DNA of 64,000 nt from Phoronis australis (Eukaryota; Animalia; Phoronida): NCBI GenBank assembly GCA_002633005.1, contig NMRA01000417.1, forward strand, positions 324,158-388,157, written 5' to 3'. The translations under genes were made by a program, and so were the position numbers. Position 1 is the stretch's first letter, and every line of letters begins with the position of its first letter. Below, in pieces: positions 23,652 through 38,024 of this stretch. Under the pieces are notes generated by a model. That model ran no database searches and had not been told where the DNA came from. It saw only the letters and a program-made list of their open reading frames with translations.

Positions 23652-24400
23652 AGGAGAATGCAATCCGATTAAATTAGTAAGTCTTTTTACTATGTTAATC
23701 GGCATATATCTACTTCGTATACGGTCGATCTAACCTCGAAAAGTGTCGCGTTAATCTGTGAGGAAAGTGAGAAACGGCGCAGCGACGACAGTGGTTCTTC
23801 TGCAGAGTTAGTCTCGCTCTGGTGTGGTGTATCGTTCCCGCTTATGCAAAATATGAACTGTGAGGAAAGCGTTTTTTTTTCAGTTTCCTTGAGAGCCCAT
23901 TATGCTTCGGAAGTGGCTCGCGGTAGTGAAGAATGAAAAACACTACGCCGTTAATAACACTCATGCGCGCACCCAGCCTTTAATATGGGGTGGGGGCTCG
24001 AATTTCTGACGATCTGGACATTTTACTGACAAAAAAGCCGGAGGACTAAAAAAACGTGTACCACCTTCACTGTGCGTCTGCGCCTTTTTAGTGGACTTTG
24101 TCTCGTTTTCTCGGATTTTTGTTTCTCTGAGGCGGACCTTTTTGCCCACCTCGCCAAAGGGAGGGGGGGGGGGGCTCGAGCCCCCCCTTGGGTGCGCGCA
24201 TGCAAGTATGAGGCCGTAAAACTCCTCCGTGTGTCAGTGGCCGGCATTTTGCCGACAATGATTTCACTGACGATCGAATGCCAGCTTACCAGACAGCTCA
24301 CGCCAGGGCAGAAAAAGAGGCTGAGGCTGAATTCAGATGTTGTGCCTATTTTGTTTGCGTTCGACAGGCAGGAGACAAAGAAATGCGGATCTGTTGTTGA
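23652..24400 (+). mobile_element. Kolobok-type element left part with THAP remnant, interrupted by a small CATG-ended MITE (23962-24202)
   Basis: ttaa|aggagaatg terminus; frameshifted SVC..HFADNDF and RLNSDVVPILF (THAP AVPTIF box); nested catgcgcgcaccca...tgggtgcgcgcatg. Confidence 0.6.
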
Positions 24401-26570
24401 TTAGTTTTTGATTGTGGAGATCGTAGTTCATGGCCACGAAAACATACAACTAATTCAAGGCGTGAGAGCATATCGTTTTAAATAATGATGACTGACTCGT
24501 TCGTCAGACTTCTGTTTGGTCAGCTGGGCGTAGGGTGTTTTCGCCAGTTCTTTTTCTCTGCGACCTAAAAACATCGCAAACACACCTCTGTTTAGATGCG
24601 GTGCACAATCAGGATGGCCCGCGAGACACATCTGCTGTTCTCCAAGAAGAGGTTTCACTTGCAGAGTTTTGTGGCAGCAAACGCGAGCGTCAGTCGTTTC
24701 CATTATCGTGACACCATGACAAGTCATCCAAACGGTGTTCGGAACTATATAGCGGCATTCACTTTGCAGACGAACCAAAACAGGTTAAAAAATGAACAAA
24801 TGCCATTCATAGCCAACAATTTTGATTATATGCTTTCTGTTGTACAGTCGTTTACAACATACCCTGTACTCCATATAACGTTGAAATACTTTTTAGTAAA
24901 CAGTTTGCTTTTTCAAACTGCATTTACTGGTGAAGTTACAGTTTTGTCGGTTCCTCGCACTGTCCACAAAACAAATTGAATTTGCCATTCACTGAAGAGC
25001 AGACGAGAAGATTACGCTCTGCCGGTAACGACATTTGTAACGTTGGTAGGTCTTTGATTTGATTTGGTCGCGTTTTTTCGTGTTTTTGGCTTTCAAACTT
25101 ACCGAATAGACTCTCTTAATTGCAAAAAAACAGGGAAAAGCCAGCAGAGTTCACGGCCCAACTCCTTGGTCCTGCAAGTCAGCGCTTGTTATATGTTCAG
25201 ATCGAGTGGAGCTTGTGTAGACTGGGAGTGGGACGAGGGGGTATCGGGTCGTGGGGTCGAGGGGTTGTTGTGGGTCGAGGGGGCCGTGGGTCGAAGGGTG
25301 TGGGGTCGAAGGGGTTTTAGACATATCCTTATTTTTCTATGCCGTTTTTTCGATGAATTAACCCATTAAAAATCTGTAGCATAATTAAGTTTCAGTTATC
25401 ATTAGAGGTGTATGAGGATTGGGAATGCTACAAAACCTTTTTGTTTTTTCAGACTCTTGATAAGGGCGTGAGGAAAGGACAGCCAAAACCCTGTAAAAAC
25501 TGTAGTGTGTAACCTAATTTAACGCTCTAGACATTCCGTGATCAGTAATGCTGACCTCTGACATGAATAGTTGATAAGATATCGTATTATACTACACTAG
25601 CGTTATCTCATGTTTTCTCGTCACCATAGAGTTTGACCTGTGAGGAAGAATAAAATCAGCGTCCTTGTGCGTCACTGATGCCTTGTTCAAATACTCGAAC
25701 AGCCTATTGAATGGACCATGCTTTTTAACGTTTTCCGAAAGGCTGGCTATGACATCATCAAGTTTTTTAACAATAACAGGTAAGCACTTTGTTGGCCATT
25801 GAGTATCAGAGAGCCCAAAGTAGTGTCAGGTTGGGTTTTTAATGTGAATTAAGACGTATTATCGAGCAAGACAAGGAGTCAACAACCTTTGTGTTAAGAT
25901 GCTGCTCTCCAACAGGTAAAATAACCTGCTGGCGCACTCGCGTTTATAGGGTTATCATTTCAACTAATCGTAGGTCTCCTAATCTTAAAAAACAATGGTG
26001 TTAGATAACACAATGTGTCGTCGCCACATCGCGCGTTGACTTATTATTACTTCGGCTGTTTTGCGTAGATGTGTCTTCTGTTTTCAGACAACTGAACCAT
26101 TGTTATTAGCACAACCTGCCACTGAGCTAAATGAAAAACGAGAAGTGTGGACTGAGTGTTGAGAACAGTGGATTCCTCGGCAGGAATTCCCTGTATGCAT
26201 TAAAATATGTTTTTATCGATCTCCCAGTTAATGAGTGTCTGCCTTTGATTCTCCAAAACAGAAAAAAGTAGTTGTTTTCAAGAGACGTTTCATGATTTGT
26301 TTCCATTTTTTGTTTTGTTTATACTCTGGTAGGAGGTGGTGAATTTGAGTATTTGCACAGTCGAGCACTAACTTGTTAATACAAAACGTGCGGTGCGGTG
26401 TTACCAGGAATTAAACGATATTATCAATATAAAATTCTTGTTACTCCTGCGACATCTAAGGCGTATTATGTAATTTACTCAACTAATGTGTGTATGTTTT
26501 TCAGTCGCACTTCGAGTAGTTAGGATCCAATAAGGCTGTGAATGTTTGACTTGGCACCAGACGTACACTT

Positions 26571-29500
26571 ATGAGTAGACACTACCACCCCTGTCTCGTG
26601 CTGTCGCTCATCTTTGTATTATTCTCAGGTAAGTTTTGTCAAACTTCAATGTGTGGAATTGAAGACAATTACAGTTCGTGACTACGATATTTGGCTAAAC
26701 AGCTGTCACATGGTTAGGCAGAAAGGGCACAAAAGGCTATCTGACTACTAGGCTGTTTGTATCCTCAGTCATGGATATCTCATTCTCCAAAGGTCCGGGA
26801 AGTCTTTTTAAGTAAAACGTTCCCATTGCTGTGAATATTTATCCAGTACCTGTATATGTTTACTAAATAGCGGTACAACTATGGACTTTTACAGATTTTT
26901 GGACCAGTCTAATTATGATAAAGTTTTCGTCTTTAGTACTGAATAATTGCACCGGATACGACGTCATATGGGCGGCGCACCATAGAAGGCTGGGGGGGGG
27001 GACTATAACCCCACTTTTTCAGTGCCCCGCTCACCGTCCATGGGCGGTGCATCACAGTAGGGCTCCCGGGGGGCTATAGCCCCCGACCTTTTCCAGCACT
27101 GCGCCGCTCATGTCGTTATCACGGCATGTCAATAACGTGGGTAGAGTTTAGCAAAGCTCAGTCCTCGATAAAAGCAAAATTTTGCGAGATTACTTGAGAT
27201 ATTACCGTGATTTTGGCTAGATTTTGGCGAGGTCCTAGCCTAGGGCAGAATGGTGAATGTTGACCAAGACCCTTTTGTCCATCTGACGTCACACGCAAGC
27301 TGCCCCCCATTGGAGGTCATGAGAATTCATGAACAGAGTTCATGAACCCGGAAGTGGCCAGCCTAGCAACAGCTAAACCTAACAGGCGAACCGATTTGTA
27401 CTTATTGTAGAGCGTTGTTTTTACTAGAAACATAATATATAATAATGAATGATAATTGCAATTTTCATATTAATGATTAGCAGTCACCATTTAGTAGTTG
27501 TGAAACCATAATGTACTAATTAACTGATTAATTATAAATGTTACGTTAATTAATTTATGCTGTAATTATGATGGTAATGCAACTTAACATGTAAGTCAAA
27601 AAACATGAAACGTCCCGTTTTTTCTTCTCAGTCTCGCGTAAACAAGGCTATTTCGCGTGGGGATAAAACTTTGATTTGCCGTGTATCACACAGCAGAACA
27701 TTTGGATGATGTTTCGGGGATGGCTAGAAAGATTTCAAGCATGGGGTGTGGACTGAGGCCTGGCCTGAGGCCCGGAGTTTTTTGATGAAATCACTACTAA
27801 GAAACTAGAAGGTTTCTGTGAAATACGTATTGAAATTGATAGTAATCAGCATAGTAATTAGACAATTCCGTGCACGCTACTGGTAACCTTTTCTACAAAT
27901 GCCACAAACTCAGTTTTGAAGCAGAATTAATACCCTGGCCCCCAGTGCTTGCTGTGGCCGTACTAACGCTTGCAGGAAGGACACAAATGTTTGTGCTCTT
28001 TCTTTTTACATATCAGAAATACACAGCTATATTATCTGATAACGGGGTCATTTATTAAGTTCCAAAATTATTTATAAGGCAACCTCTGAATTCAATATGG
28101 TAACATAACACAAATACATTCTTATAATTTTTAACTGTTGAGCATTGAGGAAGGTGACAATACAGCATTATTTGTTACAGATATCTGTATTTCGCCTGAT
28201 GCTACTTAACATTCATTATTTGGCTAAATCATGATTGAGCAGTAAGTGATTAGAAAATGTAACTTTAAACCCAGGAAGGCATACTTAAGGCTACACAGGC
28301 AATTCGAATCTGGCCAGCTTCATACTACGGTAACACAACACCAGTCCTATAACTAAAATACATATGCCTCATTAACATACACCATGCAGACCTTTCTAAA
28401 TTGTTGTTTTGAAAACGTTTTTAATTCATGCAATTTCATATGTAATATTTCATAATTTCATCAATTCAACCAAGACCTATCTGGTCAGTTTATTCGAAGC
28501 CGATTGCATTGGCCAATCACAAGCAGTTCAAGCAAGCAGTTTCAAGATATCATGCAAATTCTTAATGAAATAAGTTTTTCCCGAAACGAAGCAAACTATC
28601 CAAATTAATTTTAAATGGGTTTTCAATTACACTGAAGGTAATGATGACGTATTTCAGGGGGCTCGAAGACTAGGATTCCTAGTGGACTTGACCGCAACTC
28701 CCCAAAACGTCGACGCGTTGACGTTAGTATGAAAGGCTCTTATACTAGTTGTTACATTTATTCTAATATTATGTTAGTTTCAAACTTGCATCGCTTATCC
28801 TTAGCTTTCACTGGTTGTAAGGACTTTTTGACAGCACCAGCTTAAGCTGTCGATAGAACAACTGACGGTATGCTGCAAGTATAAAATATACACTGTTTCA
28901 GGTCGAAAAATTATGGTCATTGTATCGAGTGGAATAGTCATGCGATCTGGTTTCCCGTATTCTAGTCCAACTCAGGACTACATTTAATTTTATAAACGCA
29001 ACGTACATGTAATATAAAAACTTTTTCCGAAAATGCCAATGCTCATGGGGTGATTTCGCACACATAAAGTAAATGTATCAAATGTATTTATGTACTTAGA
29101 ATTCAACAAATGTTAACAATTGATAAAATTTGGTTAATTATAACAGAAAGATTCCACAAGTGTCATGACAAATTTTTGACTTATTTCTTTACTAGAAAAA
29201 ATTTCCTTTAAACTGTCCTTTTGTTTGACAAGCAAACTGATTAGTTAGCGCACAAGCCTAAACACTTTATATAAAACGTTATGTTCTCACGCTTTGAATA
29301 AATTGTTATTGTTTATGTTCTCATGACCATTTACAATTCTTCATAATCTAAAACTGATCAACAACCGATCCGACGAAATGCAGGCCACTGACAGACACGG
29401 AGAAGATTCACGGCCTCAGTAGTTGGTATTAACGGCGTACTTTTCATTCTTCACTACAGCGAGCCACTTCCGAAGCATTATGGGCTCTCGAGGAAATCGA

Positions 29501-32500
29501 AAAAAACGATATATCCGCTTTCCTCGCAGCTGCATGGTTCGCACAAGCGGAAACGATACACCACACCATAGCGGCACTCACTCTGCAGAAGATCCACTGA
29601 CGTCGCGCTGCGTCGTTTCTCACCTTCCTCACAGGTTAACATGACACCTCTCGGGGAGTTAAGATCGACCGTATACGAGTTGATTTGAACATAGACCGAT
29701 TAAGACGGTAAAAAAGACTAATCAAATCGGGTGGCATCCTCCTATGAGATTTTCTAGGGCGTTATGTCCACAAGGCACTGTCAGTTTGAGCTGCCGCCCA
29801 ATTTCCACCCGTTTCAGCACAGTATTCTCTCCCATGACACCACAATTTTCTGCCCTCCAGGTCGCCACAATTCTCGAACTATCCCCACATCCCCTCATCC
29901 CCATAAATGTTGTTTCCCATTGTCCTTTGTCAAGCTGGATTCTGTGGCTTTGGGATGGGGCCTCTGCACAACTTGAAGGCCCTAAGGCATTCGGAGCAAC
30001 TTGAGTATTTTCTTAGCCTCAAATTTCTCTTCGAAGGAGAATTGAACATACGTGACTATCAAATGATTGGTCATAATGACCGGAGTTCTATCCGAAAACA
30101 TCCAGTTCTCAGGTAGGGCATCTGGAACACCTTGTGTACTTTCGCAACCTCAAATTTTACCTGAAAAGTGAACGCGTTTCACGGACACGTTGACTTCGAA
30201 TGACTCGGGATAGCGACAGAAATTGTTGAGAGAACTGATGTTAAGAATAAATTAATCTAGTTGTTTACGAGCAAGAATCACGCATTGTGACTTCCAAATG
30301 TTTCTACTTTCTGATTCCTTGTGTTTAGGTTACAACAAGTCCCAAAACACCTAACTCAACTCTATTGCTTGTGCTCGACACGTTTCTCTTCTGTCAGCTG
30401 GTTCGTGTGCATTATGGGTAATATCTCCGCTGGCAGCGCCGCATAAATAATGAGGTTTCGCTGAAGGTCCGCCTACTTTTTATAAATTATTAAAAATTAA
30501 TAGTAAAATTACGGGTGCATGTACATGGCTGCTATTTACGAAAAGTTTTAATTTTAGTGATATCTTTTGACTGGCAAAACTCATTTTGTGATCTAAGCAG
30601 GTGAAAGTAAATGAAATAGTATCTTTAAAATATTGTCAAGATGTATTCAATTGTATTTGCACTGTTATACACACTAAATACAGATACAGATAGAGATAAA
30701 ATGAATGCTTGTCTTCATTTTCATTCTTAGCAACTTTATTATTCGGTATGTACGTTACTGTTGATATATTCCTTGACTCGTTAGCTTTGCAATGCGAGAA
30801 TTCGATGAAACAAAACAGAGCGATTTAAACAGCTGTAAAGCCACTGATGTTCCTTCACTGGAAATCGCCATGTTGGTGAACTAGTTTTACCAAAAATACA
30901 ACAGACCAAGAGAATGCCTTGTTTCTTGAAATCGGAATGGCCAATAAAATTCTAAGGTGCGAGATGGAAAAGTGCGCTATAAATTCCCTAACCGCTCTGT
31001 TATTGCCATTGAAAATCAATGTAAAAAACCTACCGCTACGCTGCGTTTGTTGCTGAACAGTATAATACTGCATTGAGCGGGAGCCCAGAATAATGTATAC
31101 CTAAGGAGGATGCGTTGTTCGTGTCTGACTACATATGTGTCTTGCAGAACAATGGTCTGTTTTGTTACGTTTCGTTTAACGATTGGTTATTATAATAAAA
31201 GCAAGATGGCGTATACATTATGTTAGCGCAGTTTAACCAAAACTTTATGGTGCATTACACCACCGCAGTATCAGATTGTTCATTGCCTTCAAGTTCATTG
31301 GGCTTATACCGACACATTAGGCGTAAATCTTGTGCTGTGTTGTTATTGATCAGTGTCGCTGCAACTTATTATTTTTGTCATGTTAGGTTGTCCCACTGCG
31401 TTGAAGTGTCACCTGTGTGAGAAAGTGACATCAAATGACGACTGTCTGTCCTTGACTCAAACTTGCAAAGCAAATGAAGTGTGTTTGACAGAGATTCAAA
31501 GGGCGGTCTTCAAATATTATACCAAAGTAAGTAATGAAGAAACGCCGAGACTGGTCGGTGTATGTTCCGGGTTTGTTGAATCATAGTAATAGTAGCGTGA
31601 TCGTGATTTTTAGGAAGTGTTTTAAGTTCATGCACAATTACCGGTGTTTTTATCTTTCAATTGTTATCTCTTTTCAAGTAATAAATCGTTAAATTTAAAA
31701 ATGTTTCCTTTTAACCTAACGTGCAATTACGTTGGGATAAATACAAAATTCGGTCTGGGTCGACTACGCGGAATAATGTTTCTTATGACATTACTTCATC
31801 TACATCACACTTGGTATGTTTTGTGTATTTATTTTATTTTAATCGACAATTAAAACTCACATTTTGCACAACGTGTGATCAGTGGTTTTCGTATTGTATC
31901 CGCCCGTGTGGCAAAAGTGAACGCAAACATGTAAATCAACACTGCAGTGAGCAAAGAATGACGACCTCAAACGTTCCCTTTACTGTTTAACGTGTAGCCC
32001 AAACTCGCTATTATCTGAGACGCTACGTACTTGTAATGAAGCCGTCCATAGTAAAGGTACCCCAGTTTGCAAAGGACGAACTCACGCCAGGAACTGAGAG
32101 AGGAACGGTGAGAATTGAATATGGTTGAACAGCTGGCAGTCGGGAAAGGTGTGTGAATGTGAAGTTCTTCGGGCAAAAACGATCCATGAGAAAACGTCGT
32201 TCGCCATTCCAAATGATGTTCAGGATGCGTATTTGTGTATTCTTTACAGTACTGCGCAACCACGAATTTCTTTTTTTTTGTGTTTCAGAGATGCATTGAC
32301 AAAGACAGGTGTGAACTTTTGGCTTCTTTAGGAAGGGGCCGATACTGCGGAAACAGTCCTTCAAAATGTAGATATTGTTGCAGCAACAAGGACATGTGCA
32401 ACGCAAATAACGGTGTGTCTAGGCTTTTAACATATACATGTAAAACGCTGGTAGTGAGTTGGGGCACTACAATCAATGCGTTTTTGAGAATTAAATACTC

Positions 32501-32504
32501 GTGA
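26571..32504 (+). CDS. Ly6/uPAR (three-finger) protein, 3 coding exons (26571-26628, 31387-31526, 32289-32504), 137 aa, 12-Cys LU domain, possible GPI signal
   Basis: Signal peptide MSRHYHPCLVLSLIFVLFSG with phase-1 intron, LKCHLC start, KRC split by a phase-0 intron, and CCSNKDMCN terminal motif. Three-exon layout is typical of Ly6 genes. Upstream non-coding donor cag|gtaagc at 25779 and acceptor at 26504. Confidence 0.9.
26968..27112. mobile_element. Short MITE family atgggcggcgc...gcgccgctcatg; another copy at ~3851-3904
   Basis: Shared short TIRs and GC-rich interior. Confidence 0.55.
29425..29743 (-). mobile_element. Inverted diverged copy of the Kolobok-type terminus at 23652-23960
   Basis: Reverse complement aligns by eye over ~300 bp (cgtatacggtcgatct, ctgtgaggaa.gtgagaaacg.cgcagcg, ggtgtggtgtatcgtt). 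Confidence 0.7.
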
Positions 32505-33046
32505 CCAATGAGTCTTTACAAGTCGAAAATAATAAATATTATGTTGCTAAATGTTTAATTGGTGCTTTAGCTGAAGTCTAAGTCTATGCCTTCAACAGAG
32601 TTGTAGATTTGTACTCAAACTGCTATAATGTTGCATGAATGTACTGCTAATTGATTATTTCAAAGTCTAAGTTTTGTTGCATCTTATTATTATTTGATTG
32701 CGTTAAGTGTTTTCACAAATTTTTAATAAACGGATTTTACACAAATATGTGATTTTTTGAATGTGTTGATTTCGCCTTCCTGACAAATCTTTAAAAAATC
32801 TTAAGCTTACCGTTCCTGCCGCCTGCAAAGTTTGCCCAGTTCATTTAAAAATGCGTCGTTTTCTTGGTAATACTACATGTATTTTCCTGTAAACTTCTTT
32901 TGTTTCTCAAAACAACGTTTGGCTCGAGATCACATTTCTCTTGTCACGAACCACATTTTCATTTCCTAACAGGAGGCATTAGTAAGCACCTGTTCATAAT
33001 GCATTTAAATAATTTCATCAAGGGGATTCCTGTATTGCATAAACAG

Positions 33047-33941
33047 TTGCATATCACTAGAAATCGAAACGCAACTGCATACATACTAGTATATATAGCT
33101 AGAGCTTTGTTCCGATAGCTTAATTATTTCAGTGGACCTAGGGTAAGTATCCGACCTAACACTAAAGTTTGATGGACCAAGTGAGGATCTCAGACCTATA
33201 GGATAGCTTGGTAGAACAAAGTTGTGGTCCCCAAGGTTATTTTGGTGGGACTGAGGTTGCGGTCCTCATTCAGGCAAACCATGAGTCCATGTAAGTAGGA
33301 TTCACTAAGGTTAGTGTGGTGGAGGTGGCCGTTACCGTAAAGCTAATTTGGTGAACCCGGGAACGATGTTGTTAGAGCTCATCTTAGAGAAGGGCTACGT
33401 CCATAACACAAGACACTGCCACCAAGACTAGCTCACGCTAAAGGCAAGCACACACGTGGGATCTCCCGACAATATCATACTGTGTGCGCTGGGTTNACTT
33501 GCATATCACTAGAAATCGAAACGCAACTACATACATATATATAGCTAGAGTTTTGTTCCGATAGCTTAATTATTTCAGTGGACCTAGGGTTAGTGTCCGA
33601 CCTAACACTAAAGTTTGATGGACCAAGTGAGGATCTCAGACCTATAGGATAGCTTGGTAGAACAAAGTTGTGGTCCCCAAGGTTATTTTGGTGGGACTGA
33701 GGTTGCGGTCCTCATTCAGGCAAACCATGAGTCCATGTAAGTAGGATTCACTAAGGTTAGTGTGGTGGAGGTGGCCGTTACCGTAAAGCTAGTTTGGTGA
33801 ACCCGGGAACGATGTTGTTAGAGCTCATCTTAGAGAAGGGCTACGTCCATAACACAAGACACTGCCACCAAGACTAGCTCACGCTAAAGGCAAGCACACA
33901 CGTGGGATCTCCCGACAATATCATACTGTGTGCGCTGGGTT
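33047..33941. repeat. Near-identical direct duplication around single N (33496): allelic contig overlap
   Basis: 33047-33495 versus 33497-33941 differ by a few SNPs and small indels. Confidence 0.85.
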
Positions 33942-34530
33942 TGTAGAATTCAGTCATTCAGCTGAGTCTATCGATATCCGCACTAGCAGCGATTTTTTAG
34001 GCTCCCAAGCTTACTCCCATACACTCGTGGCGTGGCTTTTTAGTAGTTTTACGTGAGGTCCACGTTGGAATGCACCATCGGTTTGTTTTCCTCATATGAT
34101 CACTTAGGCGGATCTTTATATTTACTTACAGTCATCAGGTGACGACACCGGCTCCTCCGGGAGTCGTATCACCAGAAACACTTAAACAACATGTCGTGCA
34201 CAGCGACGACATTCCGTGAATTCGCTCAAAAATAGTTCAGTAAAGAAATTTTCATATTGAAATTGATTTGCACGAGTAAGGGAAGCAACAGAAATGAAAC
34301 CCAGGATCAGTTGTCACTTATAGCTTTGATGCCCCATACAAAATAATGCCAATGCATTTTTCGACAAAAAATGCCCGCATGTGGTAACATGATGAGATAA
34401 CTATGACCATAAATTTGTAATACAGTACGGTTTTGGAATGCCTTCGTGCGTGTGAGTGAGCGCGTGTACGTGCAGCCTTGTAACCAAGTCTCAAAATGGC
34501 GCTGATCGGCTTAGCCATTTGAGGCTTTGG

Positions 34531-37500
34531 TGGAGAAATTTACTGGTCAGAATTCTGACATAATTTTACGAAAATCGCTGGAATATCACGAGTAATATCA
34601 AGCTATTTCACAGCTGAAACTTGCTGTAGAATAATACAAAACTTCAAAAGGGGTTATATTATGCAGCAATTTAGTTTAAGATCATTGAAAAATCGATGTA
34701 TTTGAATTAAAAAGCAGGATAATTTCTATGGCCGGTGCTTTCAATACAAAAGAATTGACAATAAGTACGGTAGCACTTATTATGTCATACAATAACGAAA
34801 ACAGTATATTGTTTCCTAATCACGAATCGTAGCAGCAACAACGCATGTGAAAATAGTTAGAATCTGCATGCGTTTGGATCTTATTTAGTTTCTGAAAAAA
34901 ATAATCCAATTGATCACATCAAAGAAGTAAAGACGAGAATCTTCAAAAACTGGCTTTCACGTATTCAGAGATTCAAGTGCTTGAAGGTTTCTCGTGTCAC
35001 TCTTGTTAGCGATAAACTTCGTCTACGGCCAATCAGCGGGATATCTCCTCACCAAGCCTCAAATGCATAAACTAATCAGTGCCATCTTGACGCCCGTATA
35101 GGCGCACGTGCATGTGGCTAGTAAATATAGAGTCACACACGAGTCTGAGGTTGATGACATGGGCAAACCTCTTGGAAATTTCGTCAAAATCCCTCTGCAA
35201 GCCTCAGGATTTTGACAAAATTTCCACGAGGTTTTGTCCATGTCATAAATCTGTAGGATTCATGAACCGTAAAAACAATCTTTTTTGCTGAAAAACTCGA
35301 CGTGTCTAAAACTTTCAACTTTTGTAAAAACACGCTTTCGCAATGTAAAGTAATTCAGTTACTTTTTGTTGATAGGTTTATTTTAAGCTTAACAATTGCA
35401 AATTGCATTCAGCTTTCGCAGCAAATATTGAAGTTAGAATCTAAATAGTCTTTGAAGTTATAATACTAAAACTTAAAAAATACTTATAAATAACAGTCAG
35501 CAAGGCTTCCCTGCGTGTGAGCACTGAATTGACCGAGACAGCACAGCTAGTCAGTCTCACCGCGTTTCTTGAGTTGGAGCTCGTCTCCGTTTGAATGAAC
35601 TTGGACATGGAAGTCGCCGCCGAAGATGGACCGTTTAAGAAGTTGTTTGCATGTCTTTCCGACTGGGAGTACGTACAGTTGCGACACCCGTTTTGTCAAT
35701 CACAACCTTGTCACCTTCTCGGAATTCCGGCATTGTTTGGTTGGCGCGCATTTGGTTGTTTTAGTGTTTTGCAGGCGATAAATGTAAAGCGTATGGATTT
35801 CTACTTTGCACTACTTTGTGATTTGCCCATGTAATATCAAAAATTACGTACTCGGTGTTACTGCAGACGCAATCATTCATATTGCCTGTGTATATTAAGT
35901 ATTGTTTCAAGTACCCCCCAGATTGTGAACTTGTCACGTGGTACTGACATTTAAAAGCGTTTTACCCGCCAGTTCCATTCATTCGTATTTCGTATTTCGT
36001 ATCTGTGTGCAGTGTATGCATCTGGCATTGGTTTCATCGTCGAGATTGCAGGGTTTTCATGATGTAAGTAGTGTTCTTTTGCTTATCGTTATATTCTGGT
36101 TTGTGCAATGCATTCTCTCGTGTCCCGTGTAGTTTCAGTATTTTCGCTTTATTTACTTNNNNNNNNNNNNNNNNNNNNNNNNNNNNNNNNNNNNNNNNNN
36201 NNNNNNNNNNNNNNNNNNTGGAGAAATTTACTGGTCAGAATTCTGACATAATTTTACGAAAATCGCTGGAATATCACGAGTAATATCAAGCTATTTCACA
36301 GCTGAAACTTGCTGTAGAATAATACAAAACTTCAAAAGGGGTTATATTATGCAGCAATTTAGGTTAAGATCATTGAAAAATCGATGTATTTGAATTAAAA
36401 AGCAGGATAATTTCTATGGCCGGTGCTTTCAATACAAAAGAATTGACAATAAGTACGGTAGCACTTATTATGTCATACAATAACGAAAACAGTATATTCT
36501 GTTTCCTAATCACGAATCGTAGCAACAACAACGCATGTGAAAATAGTTAAGAATCTGCATGCGTTTGGATCTTATTTAGTTTCTGAAAAAATAATCCAAT
36601 TGATCACATCAAAGAAGTAAAGACGAGAATCTTCAAAAAATGGCATGCACGTATTCAGAGATTCAAGTGCTTGAAGGTTTCTCTTGTCGCTCTTGTTAGC
36701 GATAAACTTCGTCTAAGGCCAATCAGCGGGATATCTCCTCATCAAGCCTCAAATGCATAAACTGATCAGTGCCATCTTGAGGCCCGTATAGGCGCACGTG
36801 CATGTGGCTAGTAAATATAGAGTCATACACGAGTCTGAGGTTGATGATATGGGCAAACCTCTTGGAAATTTCGTCACAATCCCTCTGCAAGCCTCAGGAT
36901 TTTGACAAAATTTCCACGAGATTTTGCCCATGTCATAAATCTGTATGATTCATGAACCGTAAAAACAATATTTTTTGCTGAAAAACTCGACGTGTCTAAA
37001 ACTTTCAACTTTTGTAAAAACACGCTTGCGCAATGTAAAGTAATTCAGTTACTTTTTGTTGATAGGTTTATTTTAAGCTTAACAATTGCAAATTGCATTC
37101 AGCTTTCGCAGCAAATATTGAAGTTAGAATCTAAATAGTCTTTGAAGTTGTAATATTAAAACTTAAAAAATACTTATAAATAACAGTCAGCAAAGCTTCC
37201 CTGCGTGTGAGCACTGAATTGACCGAGACAGCACAGCTAGACAGTCTCACCGCGTTTCTTGAGTTGGAGCTCGTCTCCGTTTGAATGAACTTGGACATGG
37301 AAGACGCCGCCGAAGATGGACCGTTTAAGAAGTTGTTTGCATGTCTTTCCGACTGGGAGTACGTACAGTTGCGACACCCGTTTTGTCAATCACAACCTTG
37401 TCACCTTCTCGGAATTCCGGCATTGTTTGGTTGGCGCGCGTTTGGTTGTTTTAGTGTTTTGCAGGCGATAAATGTAAAGCGTATGGATTTCTACTTTGCA

Positions 37501-37550
37501 CTACTTTGTGATTTGCCCATGTAATATCAAAAATTACGTACTCGGTGTTA
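34531..37550. repeat. ~1.33-kb direct duplication (34531-35860 / 36219-37550) across N-gap 36159-36218: probable uncollapsed haplotypes
   Basis: Second copy begins exactly at the gap end; scattered SNPs; paired near-identical ORFs in the track. Confidence 0.8.
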
Positions 37551-38024
37551 TTAACTTCAATGATTCAAAAGATTTGTATATCAAGACAAAGAATATGGAT
37601 CATTCAAAGTTGTTGTGAAGAATTTCGTTTGGCATTCATGCAAAATAATAAATATGTTAATTGGACTTTTGGTGCCGTTTGATACAGTTCTTCAGTAAAA
37701 ATTCAAGTTGCAGTGACATTTACAAAAATGTGTTAAGTAATTACTGCAATTACTTATCCGAAATTTGCATATAAAGGCTGTCAAATAGATAAGAAATGAG
37801 CAAATATCTATTGTGTAGGTACTTTGGATAGATTTTTTTAATGTTTATTACGAAATCTTCAGAATGTAATGAATATACATAACCCAGAAAGCGCCAAGGG
37901 GCATTAGGTCTGGGTTAAAAAATACAAAGAAGTCTATATACAATTATTATACACGAATACAAAATTAAAAAAGCTGATGTTAAGATTACAATGATATATG
38001 ATTTCGAATGTAAATAATTCAGTT

